DNA of 64,000 nucleotides from Methylophagaceae bacterium (GTDB lineage: Bacteria > Pseudomonadota > Gammaproteobacteria > Nitrosococcales > Methylophagaceae): NCBI GenBank assembly GCA_048595405.1, contig JBJPGB010000051.1:8551-72550 (forward strand), read 5' to 3'. The notes under the pieces are model-generated. The model saw only the letters and a list, made by a program, of their open reading frames with translations. It made no database searches and was not told the DNA's origin. A program made the translations under genes and the position numbers. This document shows, in pieces, positions 56,514 to 64,000 of the stretch. Within the stretch, counting starts at the first letter, position 1; the number at the start of each line of letters is the position of its first letter.

Positions 56514-58028
56514 TTACTCCTGTTTTGGCATTACATCAGGATAAAGTTCATCCATTCCAATTGCCTTGCCACTGCCCAAAGAAATTAAGGCATGACTGCG
56601 ATTTAAGCCTCGCGGATTTTTGACTCCGCAAGAATGAGCAATAATGCCTACTTCTTTAACCATATTATTAACATAATTGGTAATGCGAACTGCTTTTGAT
56701 GCAGGATGTAGACCCCTTTGAAATTTTGGGTCATGTGTTGTAATCCCAGTTGGGCAGGTATTTTTATTACATTGCAATGCTTGAATACAACCTAATGAAA
56801 ACATAAAACCACGGGCGCTAGTCACAAAATCAGCACCAATACATAATGCCCATGCCACTGCTGCTGGTGTAATAAGCTTGCCGGAAGCAATAACTTTAAT
56901 ACGGTTCCGTAGGCCGTATTCATTCAACCTATCGATTACCTCAGGTAAACTTGTACGTAATGGCATGCCCACTGAATCAATTAATGCCATTGGCGCTGCA
57001 CCGGTGCCCCCTTCGGCACCATCAATCGTTATAAAGTCTGGGGCGAATTCTATTCCACGCTCTTTAATGGCAGAAAATAATTCATCAAGTTGACGTGGTG
57101 CACCCACGACCATTTTAAAACCGGTTGGCTTACCCGTGACGTTTCGAACTCGATTAATCATATTAATTAAATCATCAAAACTAGCAATATCAACATGACG
57201 ATTGGGGCTTAACGCATCCTGTCCCACTTCAATCCCACGAATTTTGGCAATTTCTTCAGTTACTTTTTCGCCCGGTAAAATACCGCCCTTACCCGGTTTA
57301 GCACCTTGGCTCATTTTAATTTCAAACATTTTGACTTGAGGATGCATAGCAACTTCTTTTAGTTTTTCATCATTGAGATTGCCATCCACATCTCGGACAC
57401 CATTTTTGGCTGTACCAATCTGAAAGACAATATCTGCCCCCCCTTCAAGATGGTAAGGTGATAATCCACCTTCGCCAGTATTCATCCAGCAACCCGCTTC
57501 TTTTGCACCTGCAGATAATGCCAATACTGCCGGCTTAGAAATGGCACCGAAGCTCATGCCCGAAATATTAATAATAGAATCTGTTGTATACGGTTCTTTA
57601 CATTGCTCTCCAACTGTCACAGGAATTGGTGGAACAGCATCTTCTCCTAGTGTTGGGAAAGTGCAATTTACAAATAGCACTCGACCAGTGCCATTCACAT
57701 TATCAGTCGAACCAAACGCGACCGTACTATCAACATTTTTGGCAGCACGATATACCCATGAACGTTGCGCTCGATTAAACGGTAATTCTTCACGATCCAT
57801 GGCAAAGAAATACTGTCGAAAGAATTCGCCTATGTGTTCGAAAAGATATCTAAAACGCCCTATAACGGGATAGTTTCTACGAATAGTTTGGTGCGTTTGA
57901 GTGACATCGATAACATACGCCACGATAACCCACAGCACCAGTAAGCCAACGGCAAGGATAAATAATGCTGCCATAACGCTCATCGCTGTCGATAAGAAAT
58001 TAGCAAACCCAACTGACAATTCATTCAT
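56514..58028 (-). CDS. FMN-binding glutamate-synthase-family protein (GltB domain 2-like), membrane-anchored
   Basis: N-terminal TM segment. Motifs GMSFGAIS, NTGEGG, QGAKPGKGG.LPG and DGAEGGTGAAP. Confidence 0.8.
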   Translation of the reverse strand: MNELSVGFANFLSTAMSVMAALFILAVGLLVLWVIVAYVIDVTQTHQTIRRNYPVIGRFRYLFEHIGEFFRQYFFAMDREELPFNRAQRSWVYRAAKNVDSTVAFGSTDNVNGTGRVLFVNCTFPTLGEDAVPPIPVTVGEQCKEPYTTDSIINISGMSFGAISKPAVLALSAGAKEAGCWMNTGEGGLSPYHLEGGADIVFQIGTAKNGVRDVDGNLNDEKLKEVAMHPQVKMFEIKMSQGAKPGKGGILPGEKVTEEIAKIRGIEVGQDALSPNRHVDIASFDDLINMINRVRNVTGKPTGFKMVVGAPRQLDELFSAIKERGIEFAPDFITIDGAEGGTGAAPMALIDSVGMPLRTSLPEVIDRLNEYGLRNRIKVIASGKLITPAAVAWALCIGADFVTSARGFMFSLGCIQALQCNKNTCPTGITTHDPKFQRGLHPASKAVRITNYVNNMVKEVGIIAHSCGVKNPRGLNRSHALISLGSGKAIGMDELYPDVMPKQE

Positions 58029-58180
58029 ATTCCGTGACCCTTATCTTATTATTAGAACAATACAAATATACTACCAATTTTCCCTTGTTCACAAACAAAG
58101 TACACTTGTTCCAAGACGCTCAACTTGAACATTTGTTACGCACAATCTTTAAACTTGTCCTATGGTTACTTATTCAATTC

Positions 58181-59701
58181 TTATTTTAAAAATAATTGGT
58201 AGGCAGGATTATCGGTTTCTTGCCAATAAATATAACCCAATGCATCTAAGAAACCTTGAAAATCATCTTGTTCTGAATCAATAACTTGCACACCCACTAG
58301 TACTCGACCATAAGCTGCACCATGATTGCGGTAATGGAATAAACTGATATTCCACCGTTGCCCCATACGGGTTAGAAACCGCAATAATGCGCCCGGACGT
58401 TCTGGAAATTCAAATCGATACAAACGTTCATTTTCAACTTGAGGAGCATGCCCTCCCACCATATATCGCACATGAAGTTTCGCCATTTCATTATCACTGA
58501 AATCTTGCCACTGATAACCGGCCTGATTAAGCTTGGAAAAAAGAGCCTGACATTCATCCTGTCCACCATCAATTCGGACACCCACAAATACTTGTGCTTG
58601 CTGATTATTAGCATAACGATAATTAAACTCGGTGATGCCATAAGTTGATAATAATTGGCAAAAACGCTGAAAACTACCTGGTTCTTCATCAATTGTTGTC
58701 GCAAATAATACTTCTCGCCGCTCACCTAATTCGGCTCGCTCTGCAACATGCCGCAAACGGTCAAAGTTAATATTAGCACCACTATCAATCGCTACTATAT
58801 GTTGGTCCGTCATGTTTTCACGAGCAATATACTTTTTGACACCTGCTACTGCTAATGCACCAGATGGTTCTGCTATTGAGCGAGTATCATCGAAAATATC
58901 CATGATCGCCGCACACAATTCATCACTATCTACCGTGATAACCTCATCCACCGTTTCACGGGCAATTCTGAAAGGCTCAATTCCAACCTGACTCACCGCA
59001 GTACCATCTGCAAATAACCCTACTTGGTCTAATACCACCCGCTCATCCGCTTCTAATGCTGCTTTTAAACAAGCGGCATCGGCTGGTTCAACGCCAATGA
59101 CTTTAATCTCAGGTTTTAGCGATTTAATATAAGCGGCAACCCCGGCAATCAAACCACCACCGCCAACAGGAACAAAAATCGCATGCATCGGCTCTTGATG
59201 TTGCTGGAGAATTTCCATGGCAATAGTACCTTGACCGGCAATCACTTCAGGATCATCATAAGGATGAATAAATGTTAGATTTTGCTGTTGTGCCATTTCT
59301 AAGGCATAACGATAAGCATCATCATAACTATTACCATGCAAAGCAATATCGGCACCAAAGCTTCTGACCGAATCCACTTTGATTGACGGTGTTGTTTTTG
59401 GCATCACGATCAATGCTGAAATACCCATTTTCTGTGCTGATAGCGCCACACCTTGAGCATGATTGCCAGCAGAAGCTGCCACCACACCTCGTGTACGCTC
59501 GGCAGCTGAAAGTTGTGTCATGCGATTATATGCACCACGTAATTTGAATGAAAACACCGGTTGCAAATCTTCGCGTTTCAGCCATATGGTATTTTGCAAT
59601 CGATCTGACAGTCGTGGCATTTTATCGAGTGGCGTTTTAATCGCGACATCGTATACCTGAGCTTGATGAATTTTTTCTACATAATCAGTCGGCATGACCA
59701 C
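58181..59701 (-). CDS. ilvA: biosynthetic threonine dehydratase
   Basis: PLP site SFKLRGAY, the GGGGL loop, and two C-terminal ACT-like regulatory repeats. 506 aa, GTG start. Confidence 0.92.
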   Translation of the reverse strand: MVMPTDYVEKIHQAQVYDVAIKTPLDKMPRLSDRLQNTIWLKREDLQPVFSFKLRGAYNRMTQLSAAERTRGVVAASAGNHAQGVALSAQKMGISALIVMPKTTPSIKVDSVRSFGADIALHGNSYDDAYRYALEMAQQQNLTFIHPYDDPEVIAGQGTIAMEILQQHQEPMHAIFVPVGGGGLIAGVAAYIKSLKPEIKVIGVEPADAACLKAALEADERVVLDQVGLFADGTAVSQVGIEPFRIARETVDEVITVDSDELCAAIMDIFDDTRSIAEPSGALAVAGVKKYIARENMTDQHIVAIDSGANINFDRLRHVAERAELGERREVLFATTIDEEPGSFQRFCQLLSTYGITEFNYRYANNQQAQVFVGVRIDGGQDECQALFSKLNQAGYQWQDFSDNEMAKLHVRYMVGGHAPQVENERLYRFEFPERPGALLRFLTRMGQRWNISLFHYRNHGAAYGRVLVGVQVIDSEQDDFQGFLDALGYIYWQETDNPAYQLFLK

Positions 59702-59811
59702 ACACTACTTTACTAAATATTGAATTAATGATGCTTACGTTACCATTGCCACCAATTTATCTCTATAATTGAGCTAATAAATTACTTTTACAAAAATATA
59801 AGGAATGAGCA

Positions 59812-60474
59812 ATGACACCTGATGAAATGAAAAAACAAGCCGCTTATGCAGCTCTTGAACATATTAATACCGATGGTGTTGTTGGTGTAGGAACAGGTTC
59901 TACTGTCAATCACTTTATTGATGCACTGGCTACTATTAAAGGCCGTATTGAAGGTGCTGTTTCTAGCTCAATTGTTTCTACCACTCGTCTGGAAGATCAT
60001 GGTATTCATGTTTTTGATCTTAATGAAGTCAGCAGTGTTGCGGTTTATGTAGATGGTGCGGATGAATCTAATGCCAGCTTAGAACTGATTAAAGGCGGTG
60101 GTGGCGCGCTGACTCGTGAAAAAATTATTGCCGCAGCCAGTGAAAAATTTGTCTGTATTGCTGATGAAAGCAAATTAGTCGATGTGCTCGGTAAATTCCC
60201 CTTACCCGTTGAAGTAGTACCTATGTCACGCAGCTATGTTGCACGTGAAATAGTCAAAATGGGGGGCAAGCCTATTTATCGTGAAGGTTTTATTACCGAT
60301 AATAGTAACGTTATTATAGATGTTCATGGCTGGGATATTAACCAAGCGATTAAATTAGAAACGCACCTCAATGCCATCGTCGGCGTGGTCACCAATGGTT
60401 TGTTCGCCATGCGGCCAGCTGATGTATTGCTTCTTGGTAGCGAAAATGGCACTAAAACTGTTTACGCAAAATAA
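59812..60474 (+). CDS. rpiA: ribose-5-phosphate isomerase A
   Basis: GVGTGST, DGADE and [10 protein letters not shown] motifs. 220 aa. Confidence 0.93.
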   Translation: MTPDEMKKQAAYAALEHINTDGVVGVGTGSTVNHFIDALATIKGRIEGAVSSSIVSTTRLEDHGIHVFDLNEVSSVAVYVDGADESNASLELIKGGGGALTREKIIAAASEKFVCIADESKLVDVLGKFPLPVEVVPMSRSYVAREIVKMGGKPIYREGFITDNSNVIIDVHGWDINQAIKLETHLNAIVGVVTNGLFAMRPADVLLLGSENGTKTVYAK

Positions 60475-60550
60475 TCACTCTCTTCTCACCTTCTCTTTAA
60501 TCGGAGAGGGTTGAAGTAAGACCCTTTATTCATAACAATCTCATAATAGT

Positions 60551-61798
60551 ATGTTTAAACCATTAAGTGTCTTTGTCGGCCTACGCTACACTCGTGCCAA
60601 ACGACGCAATCATTTTATTTCTTTTATTTCGCTCACCTCCATGTTTGGTGTCGCCCTTGGTGTGATGGCTCTTATCACTGTGTTATCGGTGATGAATGGC
60701 TTTGAAAAAGAATTGCGTGAACGCATTTTAGGCATGACATCCCATGCCTTCATCACTGGTACCGATGGCACGCTCAAAGATTGGCAAGCTGTTGAAACTA
60801 TGATTGCAGATGCTCCTCATGTCATTGATTCTGCACCTTTTGTCGAAGGCCAAGCCATGTTAAGTCAAGGTAGTCGAGTGCGGGGTACTTTAATTCGAGG
60901 TGTCGACCCTCAATTAGAGGGTCGTGTATCAACCATCGGTGATAAAGTTGTACAAGGTCAATTTGCGGCGTTAAAAGAAGGTAAATTTGGCATTATTTTA
61001 GGCAAAGATCTCGCCATTGCCATGCGCGTCGCTACCGGTGATAAAATTACGCTCATCACGCCACATGTAACCCCAACCCCCGCGGGTGTTATGCCACGTT
61101 TAAAACGACTTAATGTGGTCGGTGTATTTGAAATCGGTATGTATGAATATGACAGTGCGCTAGCAATAATGAATATTAAAGATGCCGCTAAACTATTTCG
61201 TATCCCCAACCAAGTAACCGGTTTGCGTTTAAAACTTGATGATATCTACCAAGCGCCACGTATTACTAGCGAATTGCTAGCCACATTACCGGCCAGTTTT
61301 CGTGCTGCCGATTGGACCTATCAACATGCTAACTTCTTTAAGGCGTTAAAAACTGAAAAAACAGTGATGTTTGTAATCTTGCTACTTATCGTCGCCGTTG
61401 CTGCATTTAATATTGTGTCAACGCTCATTATGATGGTGACCGACAAACAAGCCGATATCGCGATATTGCGGACGCTGGGCATGACGCCACGCGACATCAT
61501 GGCTATTTTTATGGTGCAAGGCACTATGATTGGGATATTTGGAACGTTATTAGGGGTAATAGGCGGCGTAGTGCTGGCACTTAATGTCGAAACTATTATT
61601 GCTAATTTAGAACAAGTGCTCGGCTATCAATTCTTACCTGCCGATGTTTATTACATCAGTAGTTTACCATCTGATCTGCATTGGAATGATGTGACTGTAA
61701 TCGGTGTTACTGCATTTGTATTATCTTTATTATCAACAATTTACCCATCATGGCGAGCCTCTAAAATACGACCTGCAGAGGCATTGCGTTATGACTAA
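60551..61798 (+). CDS. lolC: lipoprotein-release ABC permease of the LolC/LolE (possibly LolF) type
   Basis: [16 protein letters not shown]-terminus, a periplasmic MacB-like domain and a C-terminal FtsX domain. 415 aa, immediately followed by lolD. Confidence 0.85.
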   Translation: MFKPLSVFVGLRYTRAKRRNHFISFISLTSMFGVALGVMALITVLSVMNGFEKELRERILGMTSHAFITGTDGTLKDWQAVETMIADAPHVIDSAPFVEGQAMLSQGSRVRGTLIRGVDPQLEGRVSTIGDKVVQGQFAALKEGKFGIILGKDLAIAMRVATGDKITLITPHVTPTPAGVMPRLKRLNVVGVFEIGMYEYDSALAIMNIKDAAKLFRIPNQVTGLRLKLDDIYQAPRITSELLATLPASFRAADWTYQHANFFKALKTEKTVMFVILLLIVAVAAFNIVSTLIMMVTDKQADIAILRTLGMTPRDIMAIFMVQGTMIGIFGTLLGVIGGVVLALNVETIIANLEQVLGYQFLPADVYYISSLPSDLHWNDVTVIGVTAFVLSLLSTIYPSWRASKIRPAEALRYD

Positions 61799-62471
61799 TT
61801 CGGCTGTTGTTCAATGTCATCATTTGGCTAAACAATTCACCGATGGCGAATTAGATACCCATGTGCTTAGCAATGTAAATTTAACCGTTAATAAGGGTGA
61901 GCGCATTGCCATTGTTGGTAGCTCGGGTTCTGGCAAAAGCACACTATTACACTTATTAGGTGGGCTTGATGAGCCCAGTAGTGGCGGAGTGCAGATTCAC
62001 GGTCAAGATATTAATAACTTATCGGTCAATGCGCTGAGTAAACTCCGTAATCAAAGTTTAGGTTTTGTCTATCAATTCCATCATTTATTGCCTGAGTTTA
62101 CTGCTCTAGAAAATGTCGCTATACCACTTATCATCGGTGGAATAGATCCAAAAGTAGCTCAGCAACAAGCTGAAGATTTGCTATCTAAGGTTGGCCTCAG
62201 TCATCGTCTTATTCACAAACCAAGTGAATTATCGGGCGGTGAGCGTCAGCGAGCAGCCTTAGCACGTGCATTAATTAATAAGCCAGATTGTTTATTAGCA
62301 GATGAACCTACTGGCAATCTAGATCACCGAACGGCGCAGGCTATTTTTGATTTGATTCTTGAGTTAAACCAATCGCTTGAAACTGCATTGGTTATCGTTA
62401 CACATGACACCCAATTAGCAGCACAGATGGATCGTGTTTTAACGTTGAAAGATGGAATACTCGAAGGTTAA
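61791..62471 (+). CDS. lolD: lipoprotein-release ABC ATPase LolD
   Basis: Walker [10 protein letters not shown], signature LSGGERQR and Walker [12 protein letters not shown]. The ATG at 61791 overlaps the lolC stop. The listed ORF start at 61704 is probably too long. Confidence 0.9.
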   Translation: MTNSAVVQCHHLAKQFTDGELDTHVLSNVNLTVNKGERIAIVGSSGSGKSTLLHLLGGLDEPSSGGVQIHGQDINNLSVNALSKLRNQSLGFVYQFHHLLPEFTALENVAIPLIIGGIDPKVAQQQAEDLLSKVGLSHRLIHKPSELSGGERQRAALARALINKPDCLLADEPTGNLDHRTAQAIFDLILELNQSLETALVIVTHDTQLAAQMDRVLTLKDGILEG

Positions 62472-62989
62472 TGATTCTTTTTCTTTTGTCGTCTTACTTC
62501 CCAGTTACGAATAACGATTCGCCGCCATATATAACGAACGAAAAGTATGCCCAACAAGGCTGATACTAAGCCACAAATAAAACTACCCAATAATAATGGT
62601 TGCCATATCGTTAAAAACTCATGCGTTAACCATTGCCATGACAAATTAAATGTATGGTGTTCTATCGGTACTTGTAAAATCCATACTCCTATTTTATAAG
62701 CAAAAAAGAACACTGGCGCATAGGTTAAAGGATTGCTAAACCACGAGCTAAACACCGCAACAGGTAAATTGACCCTGAAAAATATGGCTAAGGCTGCGGC
62801 AATAAACATCTGCCCTATTATGGGCATGAATCCCATAAATAATCCTAAGGCCAAACCACCTGCGACTGAACGGCGATTTAAATGCCAAATTTTAGGTTCA
62901 GTTAAACGTTGACCAAATTTTTGTAGATGCGGATGATCGCGCATCGCTTTATGATCTGGCAAAATACGTTTTAGGAACTTACGAGGCAT
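62468..62989 (-). CDS. DUF2062-family membrane protein
   Basis: 173 aa with a basic N-terminus and 3-4 TM segments. Its position between lolD and comEC is the usual context for this family as I remember it. Confidence 0.6.
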   Translation of the reverse strand: MPRKFLKRILPDHKAMRDHPHLQKFGQRLTEPKIWHLNRRSVAGGLALGLFMGFMPIIGQMFIAAALAIFFRVNLPVAVFSSWFSNPLTYAPVFFFAYKIGVWILQVPIEHHTFNLSWQWLTHEFLTIWQPLLLGSFICGLVSALLGILFVRYIWRRIVIRNWEVRRQKKKNH

Positions 62990-63034
62990 GGAGTCTCATT
63001 GTTGTTATTGAGTCGGACGTCATTATAGGGATAT

Positions 63035-64000
63035 ATGATTAAAACTGCCATTTCATTTGCATTGGGTTGTGTCGTATTTTTGCAACTTGCCACTTTGCCA
63101 TCATCGCTATGGTTGTGGGCATTGTTACCCGCTTGTAGTTTACTGCTCTTTGATAAATCCCGTCTATTGGCAGTATTTACTCTCGGCATTCTATGGGCAT
63201 TGCTCCATGCCAGTTTGATTATTAACAATCGCTTAGCTGAACAGTTAGAAGGCCAAGATATTGTTATCACTGGTATTGTCGACAATATTCCTGAATATCA
63301 AAATAGGCGATTACGGTTTGAGTTTAAACCCGATCAACAAGACAATGTCAGATTACCCACCAAAATACGGCTAAATTGGTATCAACCGCTGCCTGACAGC
63401 CTCCATTCTGGCGAACACTGGCAACTGACTGTTCGTTTGAAACGCCCTCATGGTATGGCTAACCCTAGCGGTTTTGATTATGAACAATGGCTATTTCAAC
63501 AAGGTATTGGGGCGGTAGGCTATGTTCGTGCTAGTCCTGACAATAAACGTCTCGCTGCAACGTCAATATATTCCATTAATGCTATTCGACAATCACTTAT
63601 TCAAACTATCGAAACACAGCTTAATGACAGTCGCAATATTGGACTTGTTCAAGGGTTAACAACTGGCGTTCGCCACAATATAAACCTAGAACAATGGCAG
63701 ATATTACGTTTGTCCGGCACCAATCATTTATTAGCTATTTCTGGTCTCCATATTGGTCTTGCTGCTGCCATTGGTTTTTTCTGCTTGCGGTGGATATGGT
63801 CAAGGCGATCCCAAAATTTATTATTATTGCCCGCTAATGAAGCTGGTGCGATTGGTGGTTTTTTAACCGCACTATTTTATGCTGCCTTGGCAGGATTCTC
63901 TCTTCCAAGTCAACGTGCACTTATCATGGTGGCAACAGTCATGTTGTCGTTATTAATTCGCCGATCTGTCTCAAGTAGTCATGTTCTTGCAGCGAGTTTA
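63035..64000 (+). CDS. comEC: DNA internalisation competence protein ComEC/Rec2 (5' part; continues beyond the window)
   Basis: My own translation from the ATG at 63035 stays open to nt 64000: MIKTAISFALGCVVFLQ...RLRFEFKP...RLNWYQP...W.L.VRLKRPHG..NP.GFDYE.WLF..GIGA.GYV...SGTNHLLAISGLHIG. This is the typical ComEC N-terminal and competence domain. Confidence 0.8.
   Translation, partial: MIKTAISFALGCVVFLQLATLPSSLWLWALLPACSLLLFDKSRLLAVFTLGILWALLHASLIINNRLAEQLEGQDIVITGIVDNIPEYQNRRLRFEFKPDQQDNVRLPTKIRLNWYQPLPDSLHSGEHWQLTVRLKRPHGMANPSGFDYEQWLFQQGIGAVGYVRASPDNKRLAATSIYSINAIRQSLIQTIETQLNDSRNIGLVQGLTTGVRHNINLEQWQILRLSGTNHLLAISGLHIGLAAAIGFFCLRWIWSRRSQNLLLLPANEAGAIGGFLTALFYAALAGFSLPSQRALIMVATVMLSLLIRRSVSSSHVLAASL

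Noticed and set aside
57437-57443. A C7/G7 run in the GltS-like gene and several G6/C6 or A8/T8 runs (2216, 11177, 25578, 29371, 46099, 60261) as further phase-variation tracts.
   Set aside because: They are shorter than the lengths usually associated with efficient slippage. A/T runs of 8 are unremarkable in AT-rich DNA. Only the G9 tract stands out.
60475-60550. A hairpin after rpiA (ACCTTCTCT..GGAGAGGGT) as a terminator.
   Set aside because: The stem needs two G:U pairs and is not followed by a T-run. That is too weak to call.
62971-63285. A 104-aa minus-strand ORF upstream of DUF2062.
   Set aside because: It overlaps the clearly recognisable comEC 5' coding region on the other strand and has no recognisable features.
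1-64000. CRISPR arrays, rRNA/tRNA genes, prophage, transposase, integrase, toxin-antitoxin pairs or known defence systems.
   Set aside because: I saw no regularly spaced direct repeats, no cloverleaf-like or rRNA-like stretches in the few non-coding gaps, and no ORFs with recombinase, nuclease or defence-ATPase motifs. Every long ORF has a housekeeping, envelope, signalling or flagellar assignment.

Overview
The window looks like ordinary chromosomal DNA from an AT-rich, polar-flagellated gammaproteobacterium. The FlhF/FlhG, MotC/MotD-like stators and the cheYZAB arrangement support that placement. I did not try to name the organism. Coding density is high. I saw no rRNA, tRNA, CRISPR array, transposase, integrase or recognisable defence gene. 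Left to right: a ubiquinone-hydroxylase tail; a minus-strand block of rhlB, two small ORFs and a TM-helix-repeat membrane protein; trxA; uvrD; an orphan TRAP binding protein; a large PAS-GGDEF-EAL sensor with a CZB-like tail; DUF411, an EamA-like protein and YqaA; a minus-strand kinase/regulator/regulator operon that ends in an internally deleted second kinase; a secreted beta-propeller; a DEAD-box helicase; a PqiA-like gene coupled to a PLA2-like::DUF1304 ORF; glgA; zwf; a psd-TetR-RND-LolA-like-barrel block; one contiguous flagellar/chemotaxis region (two fliL paralogs, fliMNOPQR, flhBAFG, fliA, cheYZAB, motAB, cheW, DUF2802); a REC-GGDEF-EAL protein; a FliK-like/FlhB-C-terminal-like pair; a GYF-pentapeptide membrane protein; apaG-glk-pgl; a SIMPL protein; a Na+/H+ antiporter; a GltS-like FMN protein; ilvA; rpiA; lolC-type permease and lolD; DUF2062; and the 5' part of comEC. 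I found no clearly novel self-contained system. The best candidates for follow-up are four. (1) The TetR-controlled RND/LolA-like/outer-membrane-barrel operon next to psd, with a perfect operator palindrome. (2) The two-component locus carrying a G9 homopolymer in a receiver gene and a decayed kinase. (3) The PqiA-like/PLA2-like/DUF1304 module. (4) The atypical flagellar cluster layout: duplicated FliL, a displaced FliK-like/FlhB-like pair and no ParC/ParP. All functional calls come from reading the translated ORFs by eye against remembered family motifs. No database search was run.
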